A stretch of DNA of 64,000 nt from an uncultured Candidatus Saccharibacteria bacterium (GCA_964426385.1 CAYRQF010000002.1:7037-71036), one strand, 5' to 3'; positions 49,839-62,022 are shown, numbered from the stretch's first letter. A program made the numbers and translations. Notes: generated from the sequence alone by a model not told the origin.

Positions 49839-50066
49839 TTAGGCCAAGTATAGTCCGAGAAGAAGTGAAGCGACTAGAAGAACGCCGAAAACTATCGTCA
49901 AATTGAAGATAACTTTTTCGAATCCTCGTCTCTTGTGGAAAGTAACGCCCCCGTCATTGCCAGAGCCAAAAGCTCCGCCGATGCCAGATTCCGACTTCTG
50001 CAGCAGTATTATGATCACCAATATAATAGAGAATATTATCTGGAGCCAAGGTAGTAGAGATTCCAT
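49839..50066 (-). CDS. secG: preprotein translocase subunit SecG
   Basis: LQIIFSIILVIIILLQ..GIGGAFG..RRGFEKVIF. Start moved to MESLL. Confidence 0.92.
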   Translation of the reverse strand: MESLLPWLQIIFSIILVIIILLQKSESGIGGAFGSGNDGGVTFHKRRGFEKVIFNLTIVFGVLLVASLLLGLYLA

Positions 50067-50174
50067 GGGGTTTATAGTATCAAAAGCCCCTAAATTTTGC
50101 AAATACCTGGATGTTTTAGACTTATTCTATATATAGACATTTGTAGACTAGGGCTTTTCTGCTAAAATTCGTGT

Positions 50175-50681
50175 ATGCAAAGCTTAAAAGGCAATCTAAT
50201 TATATTCGTCTTCATTCTCGGTATCGCCGGACTCGCTAATTGGGCCTTCAACAGTATGAAGGCTAACAACGCCGATCTCATCGCGAGTGGTGGCTTCATG
50301 GAGGATGTCGGGCCGATAGTCACGACTGAGCCTGAGGTTTATACGCCAGATACGACAGCACCTATCCCCGAACCTGAGCCAGAGACGACACCCACGCCCA
50401 CTACAGTAGAACCGACTGGCGAACACGCCGGACTTATCAAAGAACTCCAGAAGCTTATCACTGACAATGTCTTGATGAAGAAAGGGTCTCGAGGTACTCG
50501 CGTCGGCACCGTTCAGAAATTCCTCATCGAATACGGCATCAAGATGACCGCGGATAACGACTATGGTGATGGAACAGTGAATGGTGTGAAAAAATTCCAG
50601 GCTGAGCAGAAGCTTACCGCTGATGGCGAAGCCGGCGCGGGAACATTCAAGGCGATGATCTCCTGGCTCGAGAAGAACTAA
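50175..50681 (+). CDS. peptidoglycan-binding domain protein
   Basis: TM helix, Pro/Thr linker, KKGSRG..VQKFL..DNDYGDGTVNGVKKFQ..LTADGEAG. Confidence 0.85.
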   Translation: MQSLKGNLIIFVFILGIAGLANWAFNSMKANNADLIASGGFMEDVGPIVTTEPEVYTPDTTAPIPEPEPETTPTPTTVEPTGEHAGLIKELQKLITDNVLMKKGSRGTRVGTVQKFLIEYGIKMTADNDYGDGTVNGVKKFQAEQKLTADGEAGAGTFKAMISWLEKN

Positions 50682-50682
50682 A

Positions 50683-51214
50683 ATGAAAATAAAAGTCGCA
50701 TCGCTCAATCCTCAAAAGATCCAAGCCGTTAAGGATACTGTTTTGGATTACCCCGAATTAAAAGATGCACTAGTCGAGGGGGGTAAGTGCACCATCAGAT
50801 GTTAGTGATCAACCGAAGTCTCTGGAGGAGACTGTGAATGGTGCGACGAATAGAGCTAGGAATGCTTTTGTTGATTGTGACTACAGCTTCGGGATAGAGA
50901 GTGGACTTATCTCTGTACCAAAAACAAAAAGTGGTTACATGGATATCTGTGTTTGTGCAATATATGACGGCAAGGATTTTCATCTCGGTTGTTCATCTGT
51001 GTTTGAAGTTCCGAATAAAATAATGGAACTGATGCACACAGGTATGAACATGCAAGACGCATGTTTCGAAGCGGGCCTCACACAAAATAAAAATCTTGGT
51101 TCTGCCGAAGGTATGATCGGAATATTAACTAAAGGCAGAGTGACACGTCTCGCGTACACCAAGCAAGCAATTATTTCCGCATTGATTCATCTAGAAAATA
51201 AAAATCTATTTTAA
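50683..51214 (+). pseudogene. yjjX: inosine/xanthosine triphosphatase (YjjX/DUF84), split by a +1 frameshift
   Basis: The 5' frame MKIKVASLNPQKIQAVK..LVEG joins VSAPSDVSDQPKSLEETVNGATNRARNA..GIESG..GMIGILTKGRVTR if one G is removed from G6 at 50778-50783. Confidence 0.85.
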
Positions 51215-51399
51215 AAAAACTTTTTATAATTTTCTAAAATAAAAAAGTTATCCACAATTTTGTTGCAAGCGAATTGTATAAATGTTTTGTATGTAAGATA
51301 ATTTACACATAGCAGCGACAACTTTTTTCAAAACATTTTTTGAAAAAAATTTTTGGTCGAAAGTTGTTGCATGATTTAATAATTAATCCACTAAATAAT

Positions 51400-51507
51400 A
51401 TGGCCGCTAAAAAAAGAAAGGCAGCGAAGAAGACAGTAAAGAAAGCTGCAAAGAAGAAGACGACAAAGAAAGCTGCGAAGAAGAAGACTGCAAAACGACG
51501 ACGATAG
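51400..51507 (+). CDS. histone H1-like/protamine-like basic peptide (35 aa, not in ORF track)
   Basis: MAAKKRKAAKKTVKKAAKKKTTKKAAKKKTAKRRR; A-rich leader and its own terminator. Confidence 0.8.
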   Translation: MAAKKRKAAKKTVKKAAKKKTTKKAAKKKTAKRRR

Positions 51508-51525
51508 TTTTACGTCTGCCTTGTA

Positions 51526-51558
51526 ACGACAATCCCGCCTCGCGGGATTTTCGTTTTT
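51526..51558 (+). terminator. intrinsic terminator
   Basis: aatcccgc-ctc-gcgggatt hairpin followed by ttcgttttt. Confidence 0.75.
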
Positions 51559-51575
51559 ATGATAATCTTTACCTC

Positions 51576-54113
<2,538 letters not shown>

Positions 54114-54154
54114 GCAGACCAAGATTGTCAGCGTCAAATAGCAAGAAAACGCCC

Positions 54155-54181
54155 AGAAAGCCTTGATTTACAAGGCTTTCT
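54155..54181. terminator. hairpin after secA
   Basis: agaaagccttg-attta-caaggctttct. Confidence 0.55.
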
Positions 54182-54210
54182 AGCATTTGACAAACCGGGC
54201 TTTTTGTGGC

Positions 54211-54359
54211 TTGACAAGTTTGGCTGGACATGCTATATTACTCTCGTAATCCCGAAAGGGGTTTTTTAGTTTCCTCTAGCCATTGCCCACGGGCAAGACT
54301 CTCGAGTCTAGTTAGAGGAGATTTTCCACCACAGAGTTGTCGGAGCGAAACCGTCAAAT
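54211..54359 (+). promoter_or_regulatory. sigma70 promoter and structured 5' UTR
   Basis: TTGACA-17nt-TATATT at 54211-54239; GAAA, CACG and CTCG tetraloop hairpins and a 10-bp closing stem. Confidence 0.65.
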
Positions 54360-54986
54360 ATGAAAAAGACTAATAACTTCCTTAAGAATAAGTTACATTC
54401 ATTTATTCTTCTACCGCTTCTCCTCACGAACTTTACGACTCCAGTGATGTTAGATAACCCAACAATCGCCGGGTCCGTAGGAGAAACTATTAGCCTGAAC
54501 TTTCAAAAATCAAAGACTGACATCATGGAAGCTCCGGTCTTCGCTGACCCACGAGCTGCGAAGATCGATGCATATTTCGCTCAGTGGGATCTCCCACTAT
54601 CTGGCCACGGTAAAGGTATGATCGAGGCCGCTGATAAGTACGGTATAGACTGGAGACTTCTTCCAGCTCTAGCCATGCTTGAGACGACTGGTGGTAAAAA
54701 CCTCTGCGGTGACGGTACTAACCTTAACGCTTTCGGATATGGCTCGTGCCAGATACACTTCTCGACTTTCGAGCAGTCATTCGAGGCCGTAGCCAAGACT
54801 GTTAGTGGTAATGGTAAGAACACCTCTCACTTGTATAAGGATAAGTCTATCGAGGGTATTCTCGAGGTATATAATCCTCCGAATACTCCAGGTATGACTC
54901 CTGGTTACCACAAGAAAGCACTGAACGTCATGTCTGCGATTGAATCAATGGAAGTTTCAGCTAGTACGCTCGCTAAAGCCTCATAA
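54360..54986 (+). CDS. secreted lysozyme-fold cell-wall hydrolase (glucosaminidase-like)
   Basis: KIDAYF..PLSGHG..AADKYGIDWRLLPALAMLETTGGK..NAFGYG..YNPP. Confidence 0.8.
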   Translation: MKKTNNFLKNKLHSFILLPLLLTNFTTPVMLDNPTIAGSVGETISLNFQKSKTDIMEAPVFADPRAAKIDAYFAQWDLPLSGHGKGMIEAADKYGIDWRLLPALAMLETTGGKNLCGDGTNLNAFGYGSCQIHFSTFEQSFEAVAKTVSGNGKNTSHLYKDKSIEGILEVYNPPNTPGMTPGYHKKALNVMSAIESMEVSASTLAKAS

Positions 54987-54987
54987 T

Positions 54988-55026
54988 ACAAAAAGACCCC
55001 TGGAGAAATCCTGGGGTCTTTTTGTG
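54988..55026. terminator. bidirectional terminator
   Basis: acaaaaagacccc...ggggtctttttgt between convergent genes. Confidence 0.8.
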
Positions 55027-55027
55027 T

Positions 55028-58000
55028 CTATATCTCCTTGATCGAATCGATCATGATAGTCTTCTCGCCTTCACGGATTTTGACTTTGGCTTTGATGGCG
55101 ACCACTTTGTCTTCCATTAGGATGTTCGCATATGTTTTGTAAGTCTCTGGGAAAGCTACAGCTTCGATGGTGCCTGTTAGGTCCTCGAGTTGGATGAACG
55201 CCATCTGCTGGTTCTTCTTGGTAATGATTATCTTCACAGTCTGGATGACAGAAGCTAGGGCTATGGATTCATCCTGTCTGCCGGTCGCCTTGACCCTAGA
55301 GATGGTGTTGCCACTTTTCTCGATCTTATCGCGGATACTATCGAGCGGGTGTCCCGAGACATACAGTCCGAGGAGTTCTTTTTCCCAGGCTAGACGGGTC
55401 TTCTGATCGGCCGGCGGAGCGTCGACGAGGGTGAGTTTAGACTTCGGAGCCAAGTCTCCACCGAATAGGCTACCCTGGTCTTTATTATTCTTGCTAAAAG
55501 ATTTGTTGAACTCGGTCAGGTTCTCGATATTCGCGACGAGCATACTACGTTCGCCGAATGAGTCCATGGCTCCGGACTTGATCAGAGCTTCTAGGGACTT
55601 CTTGTTTACATTTTTATGCGTTACCCGCTCGAGGAAGTCAGGGAGACTCGTGAATCTGCCACGAGCCTTGCGTTCTTCGATGATGGCGTCGGCGATATCC
55701 GTGCCGAGGTTTTTGATCGTGTAGAAGCCGAATCTGATAGCGTCTCTTTTCGTAGGGTCGTCGTTCTTGATGACAGTGAATCCACCAAAGCACTCGTTCA
55801 CGTCAGGAGGTAGGACTTCGATACCCATGCGTCCGCACTCATGGATGATTTCCGAAACCTTCTCGATGTCACCAGACTCAGCCGTGAGTATCGCTGTCAT
55901 GTAGGGAACTGGGAAGTTCGCCTTCATGTATGCAGTCTGATAAGCGACGCGTCCGTACGAGGCAGCGTGAGCTTTGTTGAATCCGTACGCAGCGAATGGT
56001 TCGATGAGTGCCCAGAGCTCCTCGGTTTTTTTCTTCTCCATACCATTGGCCACGAGGCCTTTTACGAGCTTGTCTTTCTCGGCGGCCATGACTTCAGGAA
56101 TTTTCTTACCCATGGCTTTGCGGAGCTTGTCGGCTTCGAGCCACGAGTATCCTCCGAGCTTGATAGCGATCATCATGACGTCGTCCTGGTAGGTGATAAC
56201 GCCGTAGGATAGGTCGAGGATATCTTTCATCCTGGGGTCGAGGAATCTGATGAGGTGGTGGTTATGTTTACGCTTGATATAGTCGGGAATCATTTCCATC
56301 GGCCCAGGACGATAGAGCGCTACCATGGCGTTGATGTCGTCGATGACGGTCGGACGGAGTTCTTTGAGGTAGCGAGTCATGCCAGAGCCGTTGAGCTGAA
56401 ACAGTCCGATAGTTTCACCACGGGCTAACATCTCGAAAGTTTTTCTATCATCCATCGGGATGTTTTCGATATCGATATCGACGTTTTCTATTTTCTTCAC
56501 CAGAGTTACAGCTCCAGCGAGGATTGCTAGGTTTCTGATACCGAGGAAGTCGAACTTGATGAGTCCAGCAGCTTCGACAGCGTGCATGTCGTACTGAGTG
56601 ATAATCTTGCCACCTTTGGGGTCGAGCTGGATCGGGGCATAGTCATCGACGCGTGTCGGGGAGATAACAACACCGGCGGCATGCACACTGATGTGACGTG
56701 CACAGCCTTCTATCTTCTTGGCGAGGTCGATTATTTCCTTGGTTGGCTTGTCAGTGTCATACATTTTCTTCAGCTCCTCGACCATCTCCATGGCATGGTC
56801 GATTGTCATAGCGAAGCCCTGCTTGCCTAGCGGGATGAGCTTCGAGATGGTGTCACCGACACCGTAAGGGTGGCCGAGTGCGCGAGCGACATCGCGTACA
56901 GATCCGCGAGCCATCATGGTACCGAATGTTCCGATCTGGGCCACAGCTGCCTCACCGTACTTTTGTTTGGCGTACTCGATGACTTCGTCGCGTCTATCGT
57001 CGGCGAAGTCCATATCTATATCGGGAGCTGATGGGCGCTCTGGGTTTAGGAATCGTTCAAATGGTAGCTGGAAACGGAATGGGTCGACGGTCGTGATACC
57101 TAGGAGGTATGAGCAGATAGATCCGGCGACCGATCCTCGGATGTTCGTCAGAATGCCGTTCTCTCGAGCGAAGCGGATGAGGTCGGCCACGATGAGGAAG
57201 TAGATAGGGAAGCCTTTTTGTTCGATGACTTGGAGCTCGTATTCTATACGCTCCTCGATTTTCTTATTGATGGTTCCATATCTTCCTGGAACACCGGCAT
57301 AGACTTTTTTCTTGAGTTGGGACTCGGGAGTTTCTCCAGCTTCGAGTTCGAATTTGGGGAAGACCCATTTGCCGAGTTCGATGTCGATACTGACCATGTC
57401 TGCCACTTTGTTCGTCTGTTCGACGGCCTCTGGTGTGTCGTGGAAGAATTCGAGCGCTTTCGCCGGGTCGATGAAAGAATAGTCGCCACCCATCTTCATG
57501 CCTGAGCCCTGGGTGTTGATATTGAGTAGAGTGTTGTGCGCTTCTTTGTCATCCTCGTGCAGGTAGTGCGAGTCCCATGTTGCGACGATGGGGATATCGA
57601 ACTCACCTGAAAGTTTCTTAACCCCAGCTTTCAATACTTCATACCCCTCCACCTCGGCATGGCCCATGAGTTCGAGGAAGAAATTCTCCTTGCCGAAGAT
57701 ACTTTGGTATTTTTCGATGATTTGCTTTTGTTTCGACGGATCATTCGCGCGGATAGCGTGTGCGAGCTCGCCAGCCGGGCATCCGGAGAGACAGATGATG
57801 CCTTCTGAGTATTGACGCAGGAGTTCCTCGTCCATGCGTGGTTTGTAATAGTATCCATCGATGAATGACATGGATACGAGCTTCATGATGTTTTTGTAAC
57901 CTTGGTTATTCTTGGCGAGGAGAGTCAGGTGGTAGCGCTTTGAATCGATGTTGGCTTCTTTGTCGAAACGTGTTCGCTCGGCGATATAGGCCTCGACGCC

Positions 58001-58195
58001 GATGATCGGCTTGATGCCTGCTTTCTTGCATTCCTGGTAGAACTCGATGGCGCCATACATCGCGCCATGGTCAGTGAGGGCTAGCGCTTCCATGCCATGC
58101 TTTTTAGCTTCGTCCACCAAATCCTCTATTTTTGACATCCCGTCCAGGAGGGAATAATGCGAATGTGTATGCAGATGGACGAATTTTTGGCTCAT
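55028..58195 (-). CDS. dnaE: DNA polymerase III alpha subunit
   Basis: PHP domain HLHTHSHYSLLDG/TDHG, FERFLNPERPSAPDIDMDF, KFDFLG, YGFNKAHA, OB fold. Confidence 0.98.
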   Translation of the reverse strand: MSQKFVHLHTHSHYSLLDGMSKIEDLVDEAKKHGMEALALTDHGAMYGAIEFYQECKKAGIKPIIGVEAYIAERTRFDKEANIDSKRYHLTLLAKNNQGYKNIMKLVSMSFIDGYYYKPRMDEELLRQYSEGIICLSGCPAGELAHAIRANDPSKQKQIIEKYQSIFGKENFFLELMGHAEVEGYEVLKAGVKKLSGEFDIPIVATWDSHYLHEDDKEAHNTLLNINTQGSGMKMGGDYSFIDPAKALEFFHDTPEAVEQTNKVADMVSIDIELGKWVFPKFELEAGETPESQLKKKVYAGVPGRYGTINKKIEERIEYELQVIEQKGFPIYFLIVADLIRFARENGILTNIRGSVAGSICSYLLGITTVDPFRFQLPFERFLNPERPSAPDIDMDFADDRRDEVIEYAKQKYGEAAVAQIGTFGTMMARGSVRDVARALGHPYGVGDTISKLIPLGKQGFAMTIDHAMEMVEELKKMYDTDKPTKEIIDLAKKIEGCARHISVHAAGVVISPTRVDDYAPIQLDPKGGKIITQYDMHAVEAAGLIKFDFLGIRNLAILAGAVTLVKKIENVDIDIENIPMDDRKTFEMLARGETIGLFQLNGSGMTRYLKELRPTVIDDINAMVALYRPGPMEMIPDYIKRKHNHHLIRFLDPRMKDILDLSYGVITYQDDVMMIAIKLGGYSWLEADKLRKAMGKKIPEVMAAEKDKLVKGLVANGMEKKKTEELWALIEPFAAYGFNKAHAASYGRVAYQTAYMKANFPVPYMTAILTAESGDIEKVSEIIHECGRMGIEVLPPDVNECFGGFTVIKNDDPTKRDAIRFGFYTIKNLGTDIADAIIEERKARGRFTSLPDFLERVTHKNVNKKSLEALIKSGAMDSFGERSMLVANIENLTEFNKSFSKNNKDQGSLFGGDLAPKSKLTLVDAPPADQKTRLAWEKELLGLYVSGHPLDSIRDKIEKSGNTISRVKATGRQDESIALASVIQTVKIIITKKNQQMAFIQLEDLTGTIEAVAFPETYKTYANILMEDKVVAIKAKVKIREGEKTIMIDSIKEI

Positions 58196-58241
58196 AAGTC
58201 TCGATATTATAGCAGATAGGTCGTGTTAATATTATCCCTAT

Positions 58242-58838
58242 ATGGAACCGAAATTCATCGTTGGCATAGACGAAGTGGGTAGGGGTCCCGTAGCAGGGCC
58301 GGTGTATGTCTGCGCCTTTTGGGCGAAGGCCGAGAGTCTCCCGGAGATAATCTCCGGAAGCCTTCTGCCCGTGCGTGATTCGAAAAAGCTCACGAAGAAA
58401 ATGCGGGAAAAGTGGTTCAAGTATCTGCAGGACCGGGCCGGTGAGGGGAATTTCCGATACGTGATATCTAAAGCTTCGAATGTCGAGATAGATACCAAAG
58501 GTATCGCCGTGTGCATCAAGGCCTGTGTAAATAATTGTCTCGAGAAACTCAAGCTTGATAAGGAGAACACAAAAGTGTATCTTGATGGCGGTCTATACGC
58601 CGACAGTATATATATGCAGGAGACTGTCGTGAAAGGGGACGAGAATATTCCCATAATCTCACTCGCATCTATCATCGCCAAAGTCTCGCGTGATGCTGAG
58701 ATGGAGAAACTCGCATTAGATTTCCCTGAGTATATGTGGAGTAAAAATATGGGTTATGGGACGAGCGCGCATATGGATGCGGTCAAGAAATTAGGTACGA
58801 CCCCTTTACACCGAGTGTCATTTTTAAAAAATGTCTAA
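58242..58838 (+). CDS. rnhB: ribonuclease HII
   Basis: GIDEVGRGPVAGPV, RDSKKL, KGD..ASIIAKVSRD, GYGT..HRVSF. Confidence 0.95.
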   Translation: MEPKFIVGIDEVGRGPVAGPVYVCAFWAKAESLPEIISGSLLPVRDSKKLTKKMREKWFKYLQDRAGEGNFRYVISKASNVEIDTKGIAVCIKACVNNCLEKLKLDKENTKVYLDGGLYADSIYMQETVVKGDENIPIISLASIIAKVSRDAEMEKLALDFPEYMWSKNMGYGTSAHMDAVKKLGTTPLHRVSFLKNV

Positions 58839-59487
58839 AAATTTAGAAAATATAATACTAATAGATAAACCGAAAGGCATAACATCTTTTGATGTAATCA
58901 GACGGCTGCGGAAGCAAACGGGTATCAGGAAAATGGGACATGCCGGAACGCTTGATCCACTCGCGACAGGACTCATGATCATTGGAGTGAATGAAGGAAC
59001 GAAACGGATGGAAGAGTTCCTAAAGCTCGACAAGACATACGATGCCGAGATACTCCTCGGTACGCGGACTGATACAGGAGACCTCGAGGGCGAGGTGCTC
59101 GAGGTTCGTGATGTCTACGATGTGGAAGAAGATTATGTAGAAGAGGTGCTAAATAATTTTCAGGGTGTATTTGAGATACCAGTTCCGAAATATTCAGCGA
59201 TAAAAAAAGCAGGGAAGCCTTTGTATGCATACGCCCGAGAGGGGATCGACGTAGACGCTCCTGTAAAGCCAATGAAAGTTTATAAAAGTAAGTTTTTGGG
59301 TCTAGAAGAAGTAGAAGAGGGCTTCCTTTTGAAGGTTCGATTTGATGTCGCTAGTGGGGTATATATCCGTTCTCTGGTTGAGTACCTAGGAGGGTTCCTA
59401 GATGTTCCGGCAACACTCGCGAATCTAAGAAGGACTAGAGTAGGGGATTTCGATATCAAATCGGCCCGCACACTTGATAAAGTGTAG
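58831..59487 (+). CDS. truB: tRNA pseudouridine(55) synthase
   Basis: DKPKGITSFDV, GHAGTLDPLATG, YSAIK, SGVYIRSL. No PUA domain. Confidence 0.96.
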   Translation: MSKNLENIILIDKPKGITSFDVIRRLRKQTGIRKMGHAGTLDPLATGLMIIGVNEGTKRMEEFLKLDKTYDAEILLGTRTDTGDLEGEVLEVRDVYDVEEDYVEEVLNNFQGVFEIPVPKYSAIKKAGKPLYAYAREGIDVDAPVKPMKVYKSKFLGLEEVEEGFLLKVRFDVASGVYIRSLVEYLGGFLDVPATLANLRRTRVGDFDIKSARTLDKV

Positions 59488-59576
59488 CGGGTAAACTAAA
59501 AAGCTTCACCCGGACACGAGTGAGCGATAGGTGGAAAATATCCCTAAATATAGGGCTTTTTGGGCCTATTTTAGGC

Positions 59577-59678
59577 TTGACGTATCGAACTATATGTGAT
59601 ATGATACAGCCAAGCCGAAAGACTATACGAGTCTAGTAGGGTTCCTTCAAAACTTCACCAACAAACACACCTCCAAGC
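59577..59678 (+). promoter_or_regulatory. sigma70 promoter plus leader hairpin plus boxA-like motif
   Basis: TTGACG-17nt-TATGAT (59577-59605), agact-atacg-agtct hairpin, gttccttcaaaac at 59641-59653, then a C/A-rich leader. Confidence 0.6.
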
Positions 59679-60650
59679 ATGAAAATCTTGAAACACTTGA
59701 TCGCATTTGTTGCGGTCTACCTCGGAGTGACCGAGTCGAGCGCTCAGACGATGAACATCGTGTGGGATGCGAACATCAGACCGAATTCACGAACGGTTCG
59801 TCTCTCGTATGATTTCGGAAACACGACCTACACCCTCAAGGTGCATGTCAGAGACCTCGGCGATGATCAACCTGTGTGGACATACTATGAGCAGCTCGAC
59901 ATGCAACTTTCGGGGTCCGGGACGTTCACGCTTCTCGTGGACTATGGCATCCAGGATCACCAGCATACGCATCAGATCGATTTTCGACTGAAAGAGCAGG
60001 GCAGTTCGTCGGCATGGCTTGAGAATCCGAACTGGCAAGTGGCTGGTTTCCAGCCACTTGATCCAGCGACGCTCACCATCACCGATGTGCAGGATAACCA
60101 GCACTACTACCGGTTTACCGTGGAAGCCAAATACGGTCAGCAGATCCAGGAGGACTCGGTCAAGCTCGTGATGGATATCGACAACATCTCGGACGGTAAT
60201 AGCGATCAGCAGACCGTTTTTATCAATGCGGGTCAGACCTTTACTTGGAACCCAGAGCTATATTTCTGGGGTCCTGGGGTCTATCAGGTCTGCTTTGAGA
60301 TCTGGTACAAGGACGCCAACGTTTTCCCGCTTTGGAACTGGACGCTTATCAAGACGAACTGCGGATATCCCGATCCGATGGTCATCGAGTATGACTTATC
60401 GACCGCTACTGAAGAGGTCGAAGCCCCGAAATGTGGTTCGCCCAAGGCATGGCCGAATCCGACATCGGGACCCATCACGCTCGAAGGTTTCGCGCCCGAG
60501 CGTGAGATCAACCTGGTGGATGCAGCCGGCAAAACCATCACCTCCTACAGTGGTATGACGCAGCAGCTGGATCTTTCGATGTTCAGCAATGGCGTGTATG
60601 TCCTCTCGCAGGGCGACAAGGGATGTTTCAGTGTGGTGAAGCAGAATTGA
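59679..60650 (+). CDS. secreted protein with T9SS type A-like C-terminal sorting domain
   Basis: Signal peptide ending ..SSA|Q; C-terminus KAWPNPTSGPITL..INLVDAAGK..LDLSMFSNGVYVL..SVVKQN. Confidence 0.8.
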   Translation: MKILKHLIAFVAVYLGVTESSAQTMNIVWDANIRPNSRTVRLSYDFGNTTYTLKVHVRDLGDDQPVWTYYEQLDMQLSGSGTFTLLVDYGIQDHQHTHQIDFRLKEQGSSSAWLENPNWQVAGFQPLDPATLTITDVQDNQHYYRFTVEAKYGQQIQEDSVKLVMDIDNISDGNSDQQTVFINAGQTFTWNPELYFWGPGVYQVCFEIWYKDANVFPLWNWTLIKTNCGYPDPMVIEYDLSTATEEVEAPKCGSPKAWPNPTSGPITLEGFAPEREINLVDAAGKTITSYSGMTQQLDLSMFSNGVYVLSQGDKGCFSVVKQN

Positions 60651-60674
60651 CGACTTCTCGCGAAAGCGATAAGT

Positions 60675-60710
60675 GAGGGCCCTGGGATGATTCCCGGGGC
60701 CTTTCGCTTT
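60675..60710 (+). terminator. intrinsic terminator
   Basis: gagggccctggga-tgat-tcccggggccttt followed by a T tract. Confidence 0.7.
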
Positions 60711-60774
60711 TCATGGTAATTTCATTTTATATGTATAAAATTGTATAATTAGCACTCATAAATTAATAAAAGAC

Positions 60775-62022
60775 ATGCAAAATAATCCATTTCAAAACTA
60801 CATCGAGAACCTCGAGCGCGCGAAGCTTGCACTGGGACTGATTGATGCCGAGATAGAAAAGCTCAAGACTCCTCAGAACATTATCCAGAGCGACCTCTCT
60901 ATAGAAACAAGTCATGGGATGGAAACTTTTCCTGCGTATCGTGTTCAGTTCAACAATGCTCGTGGGCCTTTTAAGGGTGGCATCAGATTCCATCCTGGAG
61001 CGGACCTTGATGAAGTCAAAGCTCTCGCTGCACTCATGGCAGTCAAATGCGCCGTTGTGGGGATACCTCTCGGTGGAGCCAAAGGAGGTGTGACAATTGA
61101 TCCGAAAAAATACAATGCAGTCGATCTCGAGAAGGTAGCTCGCGGATGGGCGCGTGTCATGGCACCTAGTATCGGAGTGGACAAGGACATTCCGGCACCG
61201 GACGTGTACACGAACGGTCAGACGATGTCTCATATCCTCGACGAGTATGAGTCTATCGTTGGGCATGCTGAACCTGGAGTGATCACAGGAAAGCCTCTCG
61301 AGCTCGGTGGGTCACTAGGTAGGAATATCGCCACAGCTCGTGGAGGAATCTATATACTCGAAGAGATGGTGAAGGATATGGGACTCAAAGAGTCTGATTT
61401 GCGGGTTGCTATACAGGGCTTCGGCAATGCGGGCTATACGGCCGCTTCAATACTTCATCGTAAAGGGTTCAAGATTGTGGCTATTTCTGATTCTTCGGGC
61501 GGACTTGCATCCTCTGTCGGGATAGATCCTGAGGAGGTGAATAGATTCAAAGAAGAAACAGGTAAGGGTATGACGGAATTTACAAAGGATGGTCTCACGA
61601 CGATCACTAATGCAGAGCTACTTCTGACCGACTGTGACATTCTTATCCCAGCTGCGTTAGATAATCAGATTACTTCAGAGAACGCAGGCAGTATAAAAGC
61701 GAAAATTATCCTCGAGCTAGCTAATGGTCCGACAACTCCCGAAGCTGATGAGATACTTTTCAAGAATGGAATTACGCTGGTGCCTGACGTACTTGCAAAT
61801 GCGGGCGGAGTCACTGTCTCATATTTCGAGTGGGTGCAGAATAGATCAGGAGACGTTTGGGATGAGGCAACTGTTCTCGAGAAGTTACGCAAGATAATGG
61901 TTGAAAGTTACAGGAGTGTCTATGTTCTCGCCAAGGAAAAGAATGTCGATCTACGTCTCGGGGCATTCTCGCTCGGCATCAAGCGAATCATGGATGCGAT
62001 GAAGCTTCGCGGACGAGTCTAG
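60775..62022 (+). CDS. gdhA: glutamate dehydrogenase (Glu/Leu/Phe/Val family)
   Basis: RGPFKGGIRFHP, GGAKGG, DIPAPDV, QGFGNAG, ELANGP, NAGGVTVSYFEWVQN. Confidence 0.95.
   Translation: MQNNPFQNYIENLERAKLALGLIDAEIEKLKTPQNIIQSDLSIETSHGMETFPAYRVQFNNARGPFKGGIRFHPGADLDEVKALAALMAVKCAVVGIPLGGAKGGVTIDPKKYNAVDLEKVARGWARVMAPSIGVDKDIPAPDVYTNGQTMSHILDEYESIVGHAEPGVITGKPLELGGSLGRNIATARGGIYILEEMVKDMGLKESDLRVAIQGFGNAGYTAASILHRKGFKIVAISDSSGGLASSVGIDPEEVNRFKEETGKGMTEFTKDGLTTITNAELLLTDCDILIPAALDNQITSENAGSIKAKIILELANGPTTPEADEILFKNGITLVPDVLANAGGVTVSYFEWVQNRSGDVWDEATVLEKLRKIMVESYRSVYVLAKEKNVDLRLGAFSLGIKRIMDAMKLRGRV

Noticed and set aside
51248-51256. DnaA box (ttatccaca) as a possible oriC
   Set aside because: Only a single box, with no cluster and no dnaA/dnaN nearby.
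54241-54359. c-di-AMP (ydaO) riboswitch
   Set aside because: Only aatcccgaaaggg resembles it and the other conserved blocks are not visible. Kept as an unclassified candidate instead.
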